In this document: piece after piece, positions 1-16,918 of the stretch | Layout: each line of letters begins with the position of its first letter | Position numbering within the stretch: position 1 is the first letter of the stretch | Assembly (NCBI RefSeq): GCF_009914755.1 | Contig: NC_060933.1 | DNA length: 64,000 nucleotides | Source: the human T2T-CHM13v2.0 reference genome, Homo sapiens | Strand: one strand, 5' to 3' | Notes under the pieces: generated by a model | Seen by the model: only the letters and a program-made list of their open reading frames with translations | Told to the model about the DNA's origin: nothing | The model's database searches: none | Position numbers and translations under genes: made by a program

Positions 1-552
1 TGGTTCCCGTGCTACGCAGTAGGTAGATCCTCTAAGAACCCTGGGCTTATAGTGCCACTGAGGTGGAGGAGCGAGGACTTGACCATGAAAGCCACCCATG
101 AACGAAAATGCTGCAGGAAAGAGATTAATACACATTCGGTGCCATGTAATGTAAAACAGAATGTACAGAGGTCAGAAAATAGAGAGTGTCCAATAATTTC
201 CTACCACTATAGTTGTCTGAAGAGTATAAGGGCAATGAATAAATATCCCTTAGAATTCAGAAAATAGTTCATCTCATGATTGTTCTGGAAAAAATACAAT
301 CAATTGATAATAAATCCAGCCAAGCAAGTAATAAGTTAAAACAAAGATGATTCATTTTCTATAAACTAATGCTTCAGTAAGGAAACACAGATCTTCAGTA
401 CTGACTGTGCCTTTATGGTATGTGTGTTTTCCTGATATTCGCCCCAGTCCTAGTACTGCCACTATTCTCTTTCTGGCAAGAACAAGGGCATTTGTCTACT
501 CTTTTATAACCAAAAAAAGTTATTATGAAAATAAAGCTTTTTCTTGACACTA

Positions 553-708
<156 letters not shown>

Positions 709-846
709 TTAAAATTATTCTGATTAACATACGGGCAAAATTAACTCTGATCTCTTATCTCAATTTGAAACCAACATCATAGAGCTTAACAGAATACTTA
801 ACATTTTCAATATTTTGAGAGCACAGAGACTACCATGAATCTAAAT

Positions 847-1165
847 CAGGGATGGGCAAACATTTTGTGTAAAGGACCATACAGCAAGCTATCTTAGCTC
901 AGCAGGCCATGCAGCTTCTCACAGCAACTACTCAACTCTGCCACCAAAGTGTGAAAGCAGCCACAGACACAGGCATGGCTGGGTTGCAATAAAAATTTAT
1001 GGATATGAAATCTGAATTTCATACAAGTTTTATAAGACATGAAATATTCTTTTTATTTTTCAACCTTTTAAAAATGTAAAGAAAACATTCTTAGCTCACT
1101 GCCATGCAAAAATAGACTAGTGGTCTGGATTTCACCCAAAGCAAGAGGTTATCAACTCCTGACCC
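847..1165. mobile_element. MER58-like hAT-Charlie MITE
   Basis: Starts CAGGGATGGGCAAAC, contains CAACTACTCAACTCTGCC, ends ...AACTCCTG; recognised from consensus memory. Confidence 0.6.
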
Positions 1166-1454
1166 GTTTGCCAATTCCTGATCTAAATGATTACAGAGAA
1201 GGGGAAAAATCAAGAAGGTAACTTCCCTTCTAAAATTGTCTTAGAATAATATCTAAGTGATTATTCATTACAAATAAAAATAGTAACACTGGATTTAGAT
1301 ATTCATTTTGCAGAATATTAATTTATCATTATTTTTTAAAGTCCTTTTATGATTACTGGGTATTTCTTTCCTTGTTAACTTTGTAAATGCAAAATGAATC
1401 CCACAGATTCAAAACCAAATACATACTACACCCTTATAAGTAATACATAGACTA

Positions 1455-1846
<392 letters not shown>

Positions 1847-2409
1847 TCAAACAGACATTGTCCTGGGAATTGAGGACACAGAGTAAAAAATATATTTTAG
1901 TCTCTGCCTTCTGAAAGCACACAGCCTATTGAATACCATGAGTATTAATTATGTGACTGGGAAAATAAATGCACACGTCTGGGTCCAATACAAAGAGACC
2001 TGGAGGATCCCCTAGGGGAACCTGGGGTCCTGGTCTTAGCTATGCCACTAATTTTGTCTCTGGCCAAAATAAAGGCATTTGTCTACTCTGCTGCAAAAGT
2101 ATTTTATTATATATGTGTATGTAACTGTATATGTAATAAATATTTGGCCAATAATAAATATTGCATATATGCATATATAACAAAATGCTTATATTTATAT
2201 ACTTTTGGTTATATTTTATCACATATATGTCTCAACTGCATGTACATTCTGATTTACAGACAAAACACTCTTAGTCCAGTTATGGTTAGAAACTCCACAG
2301 TATCTAGTAAATACTGTATTTTTTAAATTGCCCAGTTCTCAAACCTTCTTTTGTATGCATTTGTGGCAAAAGATCACAATAATTGATATTTCATCATTGC
2401 AACACTTTT

Positions 2410-2710
2410 GTATTTTCAAAATAAGGCTTTCTGAATTAAAAAAAATTAAATTGGCATGTCAGAGTTGTACATATACTGGGGGCACATGTGCTATTTTGAT
2501 ACTAGAATACAATGCATAATGATCAAATCAGGATAACTGGGATATCCATCACTTTGAGCAGTTATCCTCTGTGGTGGGAACATTACAATTCTCTTCTGGC
2601 TATTTTGAAATATCCAATAAATTACTGTTAACTATAATTTCTCTAGTTCTATCAAATACTAGAATTTCTTTTACTTAACTCGACTTTTGTACCCATTAAT
2701 CAACTTCTTT
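2410..2710 (-). mobile_element. Old L1M 3' UTR fragment
   Basis: TGTACATATACTGGGGGCACATGTG...ATCAAATCAGG...TTGTACCCATTAATCAAC resembles L1MA 3' end. Confidence 0.6.
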
Positions 2711-3751
2711 TATAAAAGACTTTAGGTATCAAACTTTCAAATTGGAAAATATAAAACTAAAATAAAGTGGCTATATTATTTAAGATTATTCCCTGAAAAA
2801 ATACACTTAATGGTAAAGAAAGCTTATTTCTAAAATTCAGACTAAAACCCTGTTGCTTTACCTAGTTAAGATTCTGTTATTCATTTTTATGCAAAGAACA
2901 GAATATGGATTATCTAAAGGCATCACCATTCAGCTTTAGAGTGGATTGATGGTAGACAAGCTAGAAATATGTCTCCTGCTGAATGAGGTAGGTCTAGGAA
3001 ATTTTTTATTAATGTGGTGGTAGCCATTAAAAATTACCATTTCAACTTCTGTGATCATCATTTTAGCAAGATAGTCTAGTAGAGAAAATGCAATTTAATT
3101 ATTTATGGAGGATGCTTGTATTTTAAAAGATCTATTTCACGGGAGCTCCAAGTTTCATTCCATTTTCAATACTGACTGTGCAAAATATTGAGAATGTGTA
3201 AATGAAATCCACATTTCAGTTTAATTAGGGCAGATACTATAATAAAGTCTTGTTTTTTCAGTTGTTTTGGAAAGTCTGGTGTTTTCATTCTGAGCATAAA
3301 GATAGCCAGTGTTTTTCACCAGTTTCTTATTGTTACAGGCAGATTCCCAACCTTTGGAGATCAAAATAGAATACTCAGGATTTGTCATAGTTATCAGACT
3401 TCCTCAAAACTTCCTAATTAATAGGGACATCTCATTTTTCTTTTCTATTATTTTCTAAAGCTTATACTATAGTCTACACTTGGAAATAGTGCTTTCATAG
3501 GTACCATAATCTCTTGCAGCAGTATTAAAAATTCAGTAAGAGAACTTTCAAAGACTTTTTGCTTTTATTTTATATTTTATTAAAATTTTTATTTATTAGA
3601 AATTCCTACGGTTCTGGAAATTGTACTTTCCTAGGAAGTGTGAAAACTTCTAAAAGCTACTACTTATTATTTGCCAGGGAACTTTATTTAAGGCAAAGTA
3701 GGGCCATAAGTTTGGGAGGTTGCAAAGAAAGCTAAAAGGGAGAAATGTTAA

Positions 3752-4061
<310 letters not shown>

Positions 4062-4414
4062 CAACTGTTAATGATTATTTTGGGGGAGTAGGTCAGCAAT
4101 AATAAAATCATTATGATCCACATCTAACACACTTAAAAAATTTCTAGATTCTCAGTTTCTGTTTAATTGCCTATCTTCTGGCCAATTCAACCTGCATTAA
4201 TTACTACAGCAATACAGTATGTCTTGACAGCTAACAGAACTAGTTTCTTCACTTTATTTTTCATCTTAAAAATTATCTTGCTTATCCTTTCATCCTTAAT
4301 TTCCATATGAATTTTAAAACCAGGTTGCTGCAATCCACACAAGTAAAACCACTTGGCATTTTTTTGAATTTTGTTAAAATTACAGACTAATTTGATGAGA
4401 ATGTCAACTTTAAA

Positions 4415-4632
4415 AGAGGGTATCTCAACAGCAGCGTTACTGATATTTTGGGCTAATTTTTTTTTGTTATGGGGGGGCTGTCCTGTGCACTGTAGGATGC
4501 TTAGCAGCACCCTGATTTCTAATTAATAGACACTAATATAAACAACCTTCCTCTCTGTGTGATGACAAAAATGTCTTCAGACAATGCCAAATGTCCCAAG
4601 AGTCGAAATCACCCCCGATTGAGAACTACTGC
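4415..4632. mobile_element. MER20 DNA transposon inside a degraded minus-strand L1M (~4150-5300)
   Basis: GGGCTGTCCTGTGCACTGTAGGATGCTTAGCAGC...CAGACAATGCCAAATGTCC...TTGAGAACTACTG. Confidence 0.75.
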
Positions 4633-5199
4633 TTTAAGATACTGAGTCATACTATCCACGACAGTAGTGAGTCAATCCATTTATTTGGCTGTCCTTAATT
4701 CTCTTGAATAAGTTTTGTAATTTTGTAATTTTTTCCATAAAAGTACTGCAGTTATTCCACAGAACTTTACATTTTTGTTAATATTGCAAATAAAATTTTT
4801 CTAGGTGTGTAATGGTAATTATTTTAAGATTTTATAGAAATTCAAGTAATTCCTCAATACTGACTGACCATAAATTCAGCAAACTTACTGAACTCTCATT
4901 TTTCCTGATATTTCTTTATATTATTTTGGATTTTCTATGTAGGCAATCATATTATCTACAATATCTGCCAGGTTTGTTTCTTTTCCAAACTTTTTATCAC
5001 TTACATCTATTTTATTTCCTCTTGTGTCTTTAACTGACACACGCATGAACTTTTAAAAATTATATATTCATTATTGATTACAGTTAAGAATATAGTTTCC
5101 ATCATGACAATTCCATAAAATTTGTTAAGATTCCATCCATTTACAAAATTTTTTATACTTATTCAACAATAATGTATAATACATTCTATAAAGAAATAA

Positions 5200-5782
<583 letters not shown>

Positions 5783-7276
5783 ACTTCTTTATATATTTTA
5801 AACAATCTGATGATACACACAAGTGTAGTGAGATCTTTCTAGTGAGTTTATCTCAGCATTAGATAGAGTTCAAGTTTATCCCTAACAATGCTTTTCATCT
5901 TTGTCTGACATAATACAGCTGTATCTGCTTTCTTTTGATTTGTATTTACTCGGTAAATATTTTCTATTCTTTTAGTTTCAACTTCACTGAGTGCTTATAT
6001 TTTATCTTTTGTAAATAAGCTATAGCTTCTTTAAAAATCCAATATGATAAAATCTAATGTCTGGTTTTTAAATGAACAGAGTTTACTCATATTTATTATG
6101 ATTATTTGTACACTTGTATGCATTTAAACCATCTTATTTTATGCTTTTTTTTGTGGTTACTTTTAAAGACTCTAAGATAATCACACAAAAGTCCTATTTA
6201 AATTCTTAAGTAAAATAATATTACAGTTACATGTGTCATCATTATATTAGCAAAACAACTTGTGGATTTTTGCAGACAGCTGAATTATATGTTATATGTA
6301 TATTTTAGAGAATATATTGGTCTATTTGAACATAGTCCACTATACATTTATACACATATATTGACTTGCAGCATAGTTCAATATTTTAAATCATTATAGT
6401 GCCTTTTAAATATATTTGTTTTTATAATAAATCTTTGGCATGTTATAGTTATTTGATAGAATATTCTTACTGTGCCTGAGGAACTGTCTGATCATAAACT
6501 TTTTTTTAAGTAATATGCTTTAGACGAGTTGCTGATTACAGGGACAACTTACGGAAAAATGGCGATGGTTTATATTAACAATACTGCCTGCCCCATTAAC
6601 GGACATATGCCTGAAGAGACTTAAAATAGCTTTCACTTTACTTTCATTCCCAAATACTATTTTTATTATAAACTTTCCACCAGGAAAACCTTACTAGGCA
6701 CACCTCAGTAATAGAAAATAAGTAATAAAGACTAAGATTTATGTTCTTATGTCTACACCTTAATCTAAATTATTACAATTATAAATCTTTTCATTTCATG
6801 AGACTGGTAAATTCCATTTTTATAAACTGAAAAATCAATTTTATTTGAAAAATTAAAATAGAAATTGTAATTTCCCACCCCCCCACCCCCATACACACCC
6901 CCACATTTACAAAACAATCTACAAAAGTTGGGATAGGATTTCAGAATGCTTGTGGTCTTACTGTTGGATAGACCTGTCTACTGGAAGCTGCAAAGTAAAT
7001 AAAATAAGGTTAAAAAGCAAATGACTCCACAATGCTCCCTTCTGAATGTAGGAGGGGAGTTAATTTTTAAAACCTGCTTCTCTCCTAAATTTTTTTCCAA
7101 ATGAAAGCCCAGGGCTTCTGTCACACCAGTGCAGTCCTTGACGGTGCTGAAGTGACATGGCTAAGGGTATCAGAGGACCTGCACCCACCTCAGTTCCTCC
7201 CATTCCCCTCCTCAAACTCAGTTCATGGGAGGGTCACTCAATACAGGTGGCTCCAAGTGATACGTTCCTCTGGTTA

Positions 7277-7603
<327 letters not shown>

Positions 7604-8371
7604 CTAGCATATATGCCATTCTGGCTTTCTTGTAATAACCTGCCAATGCTCTCCTCTCTGACCTGTAGAGAATGGGGGTGGGGACAGACCAATGAGCTGG
7701 AGGTCTTCTGAACAGCCAGGAGCTGGAGGGCTGGAGCCCTCACAGGCAGGAGCCCCTTGTGGAATGGAGGAAATGAAAACCTCTAGGATTGTTAAAGATG
7801 TCCGTCAAAAGATTTGAAGGTCGCTGTTTGTCTCATTAGAGCCCAAAGCTAACACACATCATCACATTATCATACCAGACACTTTAAAATGTACATCATA
7901 CAAAATATTGTACAAAACCATTTTAACTCATGGGAAATTACTTCAGACCTGAAACTTACTGGTGGTCAGATTTGAAACTATGGATCAGATCTGTTCCTGT
8001 TACTCACTGCACTAAAACTGCATTCATTTTTAAGTAAGAGAAAGTTGTATTAAGATTGCATATCAAAATATTCAAAAAGAGTGTCTCATAAATCTGTATG
8101 ATCATTTAGTAATTTTGAACTTGAGGAAGATTAAAAATAATATCCATGTAAATGTATAGTATGTATTCTATAGAAAGCTCCAGTAGATTCAAGTGAGTTT
8201 TCCCAACTTCACAATATTTTTTAAAGTGATGCAAAGTAGACTTTTTATGCCAGATAAATAAGTGGACTACCATGCAGGCCAAACAACTCCATTTTTAGGA
8301 ATCAAATTACTGCTTAGATTAGCTATTTTATGTCCAAATCAATTATACTGACACCTGGATTGACCATTACA

Positions 8372-8689
8372 TTTTTTATTTATTAATTATTATTATTATT
8401 ATTATTTTGAGGTGGAGTCTTGCTCTGTCGCCCAGGCTGGAGTGCAGTGGCGCGATCTCGGCTCACTGCAACCTCTACCTCCTGGGTTAAGCAATTCTCC
8501 TGTCTCACCCTCCTGAGCAGCTGGGACTACAGGCACACACAGCCACACCCGGCTAATTTTTGTATTTTCAGTGGATACGGGGTTTTGCCACATTGGCCAG
8601 GCTGGTCTCAACCTTCTGACCTCAGGTGATCCACCTGCCTTGGCCTCCCAAAGTGCTGTGATTACAGGCGTGAGCCACAGTGCCTGGCC
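8372..8689 (-). mobile_element. Alu (AluSx-like)
   Basis: Reverse Alu with (TTA)n tail. Confidence 0.9.
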
Positions 8690-9499
8690 TAAGTTTTTTT
8701 TTAAAGCACGTACTCTACATGATCTAGTTGTTTTATGACAATGCTTTTTAAGTTGCTGACATGAACCCAAAGGTTGAAAACATTTACATATTACAAATAA
8801 AAAAAAGAAAACCAATATGCATTTCAAGAGTAACCTCAAAAAGAACTTCTGAAAAAAAGGCATTGCAATCTACATGAGAAAATTGTTTCTGCTCAAAGGA
8901 AAGCTTACAAAATAATTTTCAAATTCCAGAAAGTCTATGTTAGTTGTTTCAAAGTATGGTCTACAGAACAGTTGGTGCTTGAAGCTTTGCTATTGCACTG
9001 AAGATTTCAATGAGTGTGGGAAATTGTTGCTTCTACAAAATAAACACAGTCCTTTTATGCAGGACCTCTCAGAGTTTCTTGTGTTAATGTTAATTTCTAA
9101 AAGAAAGATAGAATATGCAGCATTATATCCCAAATCAATTTAAGACAAAGATTTGGAGGAATTTGCTTTTTGAATTGCCACATGAATACTACGTTAATTA
9201 ATTAACTAAACTTCGCAGAGAATGATATTTGATTTCCAGTGAGTGGAAAACTTAACAGCTGTTTCTCTTTTACGAAAAATAAAAAACACATTATATAGTA
9301 TTCACAACGAACTAGTAAATCTTTGGTCATAAAATTTAATCCTTAGATTAACTGATCATATTTCATCAAAACTTGTATTTCAGCTTGCTTGAACATACTT
9401 TAGTTACCTTATTGTACCAGCTTGTCTGACATTTAATTAACTATGCATAATTAAAGAATAAAAACCACATTTTTGTGCAGGGAAATCATGTGGAAATCA

Positions 9500-9727
<228 letters not shown>

Positions 9728-11780
9728 TTACTCCCAGGTGTAAAGTGTATGTGTGAGAGACAGAGAGAGAGAAAATGAAACTATACTTAAATACTTGTAT
9801 TTTACCTCTGAAACGTTTATTTAAGCCTAACCAATGTTTTTCCCCCAATATTTCAATATCTAGGCTTAAATGATTCCATCTATTTTTCTTCTATTAGAAA
9901 TCAGTCAGTTGCATGTGATACATACTTTCTATAGAAATAACATTCAAAAAAATTCACCATTAAAATAAATACCAGAGTAATTTGCACACTAAAGATAAAA
10001 TCTATTTGAAATTATGAAATGTTCATTGAGAAAGTTTAATATTATACAAAGACATTGATTTATCTCATCCCATCTTTTTGCTAACTACCTGTATATTACA
10101 CATTTGGAAAGATATGGTACTCTCTGTCAGTACTTACTAATTTTTGGAGGTATTTGTTTTTATTGCATTGGATGTCCTGACTCTTTATTTGGAGGTTAAG
10201 GAATGACATTGATAGGCTTTTCTCATCTCTGAGGTTAGAGATTTCTCATGCGAAGAAACAAAGTGCCCTGGGTCAACTACAGCTCTGACGAGTGCACCTC
10301 CTTCTCAGCACTGACAATGATTAAATGATAGAGTCAGACACTAACTCAGATCTATAGAACTGCATATTAGGACAAGGGATGCTGCCAGGGGTTGGGAGTG
10401 AAGATTGGGGTGATGGACTGACTGCACATCACAGTAAAGTTAGGATAATTTAAAAAGCAGGTGTCAGGCCACCTATCTTAAAAAAGGAAGGGGGTCAGGG
10501 GCCACAAGTTGCAGTCATCACAGATGAGGCCATGAGGAAAATGAAATTGGATTAACTCAACCAGTTTTTTAAACATGCTTGATCATGTGGTGCTGTTTTT
10601 CAAATTTCAATAGGTTGTTACCATTGGAATATGAATTGAGATCTGGAACTTAGCTTCTACCTTACTGCTTATTACAACTCAATTATAACTCATCCATAGA
10701 TAAGATCTCTGCATTCATTACCACCACCACTATCCATCACCTGCCCCTCTGCCAAAAAAAAAAAAAAAAAGGCAATCTGGGAAAATTTAAAGAGGAATTA
10801 GTACCAGGAATCTTTTAAAAATGTGCTAAAACCTTGTCACTACAACGTAAAAGATATTTTTAAAAATTAATACACTCTTCTCGGAATGCCACTTTAAAAG
10901 TTACCGACTTCACCATTAAACTGTCGCAGATTAAAGAGCAAAACACTCACTATATCCTAATGTACAAGTGTAAATTTACACCTAAATCTCCCATATTCCC
11001 CATAAAGTAGTAAAAATGTATTTTTTTTAGAAACAGTAGCAAAAAGATGTAAGTGGGTGAACTTCTACACTGATAAAAGATCTTGTAGACTTGTCTATCC
11101 CTGCTATTTCCACCAAGTATAATGATAGATTCTGGAAATAATACAGAAGACAACCGAAGAGAATTCTGAAAGGTAGAAAGAGGAAGCTTAGGACCCCAGG
11201 ACTGGAAGATACAATAACATAACTTTTTAAAAAACTCTGAATGGGCTCAAGAATAGAGTGAAAAGACAGAGGACAGAATCACTGAACTTGAGGACCCATC
11301 AATAGGCTTTATCTAACCTGACCAAAAAAGAGAAAACAGACTGAATATAAAAAGAACTGAGCCATAGGGTCCTATCAGACAATATCATCCGAATCTCAAA
11401 AAGAGAGAAGAAAGTGTGCTGAAAGAGTACTGAAAAAATACTGGCTGTAAACTTCCCACATGTGGTGAAAGACACAAACCCAGAGATTTAGGAAGTAAAG
11501 TTTAAGTCCAAAAAAGGATAAACCCAAAAATATCGACACCAAGATCCATCATAATTGAACTTTTTGGAAACAAAACAAAACAGAAATCTTGAAAGCAGCC
11601 TGAGAGAATAACACATTACCTGCCTGTAAAAGAACCCTAATTTGAATGATAGTAGATTACTCATCTGAAATTACAGAACCAGAAGGAATGGCATATTTTT
11701 TTCAGGGCTGATAGAAAAGAATTGTCAACTATAAATTATATATCCAGAGAAACTATCCTTCAAGAATAAAATGGAAATAA

Positions 11781-12096
<316 letters not shown>

Positions 12097-13470
12097 TTAA
12101 CACAAAAGAAAACTAAAATAATTTGTCGCTAGCAGACATTCCCTAAAGAATGGCTAAAGGAGGTTTTTCAAAAAGAAAGGAAAATATAACAAAGGATTCT
12201 TGGAACATCAGGAAAAAAATGAAAAGAGAAGAAATATGGATAAATGTAATAGACTATCCTTATCAATTTTTGAAATGACATATGATAATTGACACAAAAA
12301 TTGTAATACCATATGATACTCAAGACAATGATATTTAGAAGTGGGGAAGATAAAGGACCCAAATAGACATAAGGATTACATATTTCATTATGAGAGTGAA
12401 GATATTTAAGTTGACTGTGGTAAGTCACATATGTAAACTATAATACCAAGCAACGAGTAAGAAAATTATAAAAATTACCTTAAATGTAAATGGTTAAAAT
12501 ATAACAAAAGTTAGACGTTGGCAGAATCAACTGAAAAAAAATAACACAACGAGAAATTTATAAGAAACTCACTTCAAAATAAACATAGGCAGGTTAAAAG
12601 TAAAAGGATGGAAAAAATACACTCTGCAAAAATTAAATTTGAAAGAAAGCAGAATGGCTATCTCATAAAATAGACTTCAGAACAAAAATACTAGAACAGG
12701 GACATTACATAATGATTTAAAAAAAATCACCAGGAAGACATAAATGTATATGCAAGAAACAATACACCCTTAAAAAAATGAGGCAAAAATTGAGACTTCT
12801 GGTTTCCAATCTGATATGACGTTAAGAGTCTGGAAGTCATCACTCCCATTCTCACAACAAGAAAAAAGCTGCACTAACTAAAAATAAACAGTTCTTCTTA
12901 CACAGTTAAAGTCATAGGGCAAACATTACTCCTAAAGCTGCAGAGACAAGTGAAAACAGCATCACAGCTAATGGAGCCAAAGCAGATGGTGGAGTCTGGT
13001 AAAAGCACTTAGAATGTAACTGACTAATTGATGGATACTGAGCAAGGACAAGCTACAGAGATTGAAAACTCCTAGAGTGGGGGATAGGCCTTAGAGGGTC
13101 AACACACCTTCAAGAGTTTTATCTCCAGGAAGAGCCCCATCAAGTTCTCAGAATAAAGATAGGAAAAAAAATGCTCTTATGTCTCCAGTCCTGGGGTCCT
13201 AAGACATAAGGGGAGGGAAGGAGAAAACATTTTTGAAATAAGCGCAGAACATTATGTTCTCTCCTTAACAACATTCTAATCCCCCAAAAAGCTAGTTTAC
13301 TAGAGCCTAAACCACCTAGGGGAATGGAAATACCCAGCACCAGCCCCCTCTACCCTTCTTTTCTTACCCAAGGGAAGGGGAAGGAAGCTGAGAAGCACTC
13401 TGAAGGTCACAGTCCAGGAAGACAGGTTCTCTAAAAGACTGACCTAATCCTAAGAGTACAGGATGCTTCT

Positions 13471-13787
<317 letters not shown>

Positions 13788-14467
13788 TGAGTATACGATG
13801 CTTCTCCTCTTCCCGCACCTTATCATCAATCACATCAGTACATTACCTGTATAGTAACAGGAGATTAAAAATGAAAGAGCTGTCAATTTTAGACCCTATT
13901 TAAGACAGAGTCTCTGGGAAAACTCAAAACGGAAGAAAGAAAAATAAAATAACCTTAGAGGAAATTTTGGCCTCTGACACCACAGTTATGCAAAGAGCAA
14001 ATTCAGCCTAACTACTAACTAGATAAACATAAAACCTTACATTAAAGGCTTCCTTACCTCAGTTCCTTTGCCAATACAACATGTCTGGCTTTCAACAGAA
14101 AATTGCAAGGTATGCTAAAGCCAAACAATACAGTCTTATGAGACAAATCAAGCAAACATGCAGATATGACAGATTTGGAAATATCAGATAAAGAATTTGA
14201 AATAATAATCAGTATGCTAAGGGCTCTATGTTGAAAAAGTGGGCAACATGCAAGAAGAGATAGGTACTATAAACAAAGATATGAAATTTCAAAGAATCAG
14301 AAGGAAATACAGAGATTAAAAGTAAAAATTGTAGAGTGTCTTTGATGGCCTCATCAAAGTCTGGGAAGACTGGGAAGTGCTGAGGAAAGAATCAGTGAGT
14401 TTGAAGATACGTCAATAAAATTTTTCCATTAAACACAAAGAGAAAAAGAATGAAAAATGAAACATAA

Positions 14468-14792
<325 letters not shown>

Positions 14793-15871
14793 CTGTTGGA
14801 CAATTTCAAACGGTGTAACCTATGTAACCCATAATCGGAATACCAGAAGTAGAAGGAAGAGAGTGAGAACCAGAAGAAATATTTAAAATAATGACAGTTG
14901 AGAATGTTTCAAAATTAATGACAGACATGAAACCATAGGTTCAGGAATCTCAGCAAACACCAAGCAGGTTAAATACAAAAAAATCCACACCTAGGCATCT
15001 CATATTCAAATTGCAAAAAATTGAAGACTTTCTTAAAATTAAAATAAAATCTTTTAAAAATAAAATCTCGAAATAAACCAGAGTAAAATAAAACACCTTA
15101 CCTACATAGGAGCAAGAATGAGAATTATGCCAGATTTCCCTTAAGGAACCATGCAAGCAAGAAGAAAGTGAAGTGAAATATTTAAACTGTTGAGAGAAAA
15201 CACACACTAATATAAAATTCTATATCCAGTAAAATTATCCTAAATAGTAAAGTAGAAATAAAGACTTAGATAAACAGAATTGAGGAAATCTTTCTCCAGT
15301 AGACCTACCTTGCAAGCCATGTTAATAGAAGTTCCTCAGAGAAAAGAAAAACAATATAGGTCAAAAACACAGAAATACATAAAGAAAGGTAGGAGCATTA
15401 GAGAAGAAAAAATTTAAAATAAAATCTAGTGTCTTCTTCTTAATTGATGTAATAGGTAACAGCTCTAAATAATACTAACAATGTATTGGGTGATTATGGC
15501 TTATGAATAAGTAAAATGAATGATAATAATGTAATACAAAATAAGACAGAAGGATTGGAAATGCTGTGTTATAAAGTACCAGCACCATTAATGAAGTGGA
15601 ATAGTGTTGTTTGAAAGTAGATTGTTATAGTGTATATTTCATACTCAAAGGCTACCACTAAAACAATGACCAAGAAATGTAATTAATATTCTAGGAGAAG
15701 TGAGGATATGGAATCATATAAAATGCTCAATTAAAACAAAAAATGTGACAGGGGAATTCAGGAAAAAAAGAAGAAACAAGGGCAACAAATAAAAAAGAGT
15801 TACAATATGGCAAATATTAATCCAAGTATCAATAATCACTTTAAATGTAAACAGTCTAAATATACCAATTA

Positions 15872-16918
15872 AGAAAGCAATGGCAACAAAAGCCAAAATT
15901 GACAAATGGGATCTAATTAAACTAAAGAGGTTCTGCACAGCAAAAGAAACTACCATCAGAGTGAACAGGCAACCTATAGAATGGGAGAAAATTTTTGAAA
16001 TCTACCCATCTGACAAAGGGCTAATATCCAGAATCTACACAGAACTTAAACAAATTTACAAGAAAAAATCAACCTCATCAAAAAGTGGGCGAAGTATATG
16101 AACAGACACTTCTCAAAAGAAGACATTTATGCAGCCAACAGACACATGAAAAAATGCTCATCATCACTGGCCATCAGAGAAATGCAAATCAAAACTACAA
16201 TGAGATACCATTTCACACCAGTTAGAATGATGATCATTAAAAAGTCAGGAAACAACAGGTGCAGGAGAGGATGTGGAGAAATAGGAACACTTTTACACTG
16301 TTGGTGGGACTGTAAACTAGTTCAACCATTGTGGAAGACAGTGTTGCGATTCCTCATGGATCTAGAACTAGAAATACCATTTGACCCAGCCATCCCATTA
16401 CTAGGTATATACCCAAAGGATTATAAATCATGCTGCTATAAAGACACATGCACACATATGTTTACTGAGGCAGTATTCACAATAGCAAAGACTTGGAACC
16501 AACCCAAATGTCCATCAATGACAGACTGGATTAAGAAAATGTGGCACATATATACCATGGAATACTATGCAGCCATGAAAAAGGATGAGTTCATGTCCTT
16601 TGTAGGGCCATGGATGAAGCTGGAAACCATCATTCTCAGCAAACTACCGCAAGGACAAAAAAACAAACACTGCATGTTCTCACTCATAGGTGGGAATTGA
16701 ACAATGAGAACACTTGGACACAGGAAGGGGAACATCACACACTGGGGCCTGTCATGGGGTGGGGGGAGAGGGGAGGAATAGCATTAGGAGATATAGCTAA
16801 TGTAAATGATGAGTTAATGGGTGCAGCACACCAACATGGCACATGGATACATATGTAACAAACCTGCATGTTGTGCACATGTACCCTAGAAATTAAGGTA
16901 TGATAATAATAAAATAAA
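15872..16918 (+). mobile_element. 5'-truncated primate L1PA (L1PA3-5-like): ORF2 C-terminus and 3' UTR
   Basis: ORFs 15880-16101 and 16098-16700 are L1 ORF2p C-terminus ([16 protein letters not shown]...[13 protein letters not shown]...SLIGGN); canonical 3' UTR and A tail. Confidence 0.93.

Noticed and set aside
15880-16858. 200-aa ORF and neighbours as a protein gene
   Set aside because: C-terminal fragment of L1 ORF2p in a 5'-truncated, frameshifted L1PA.
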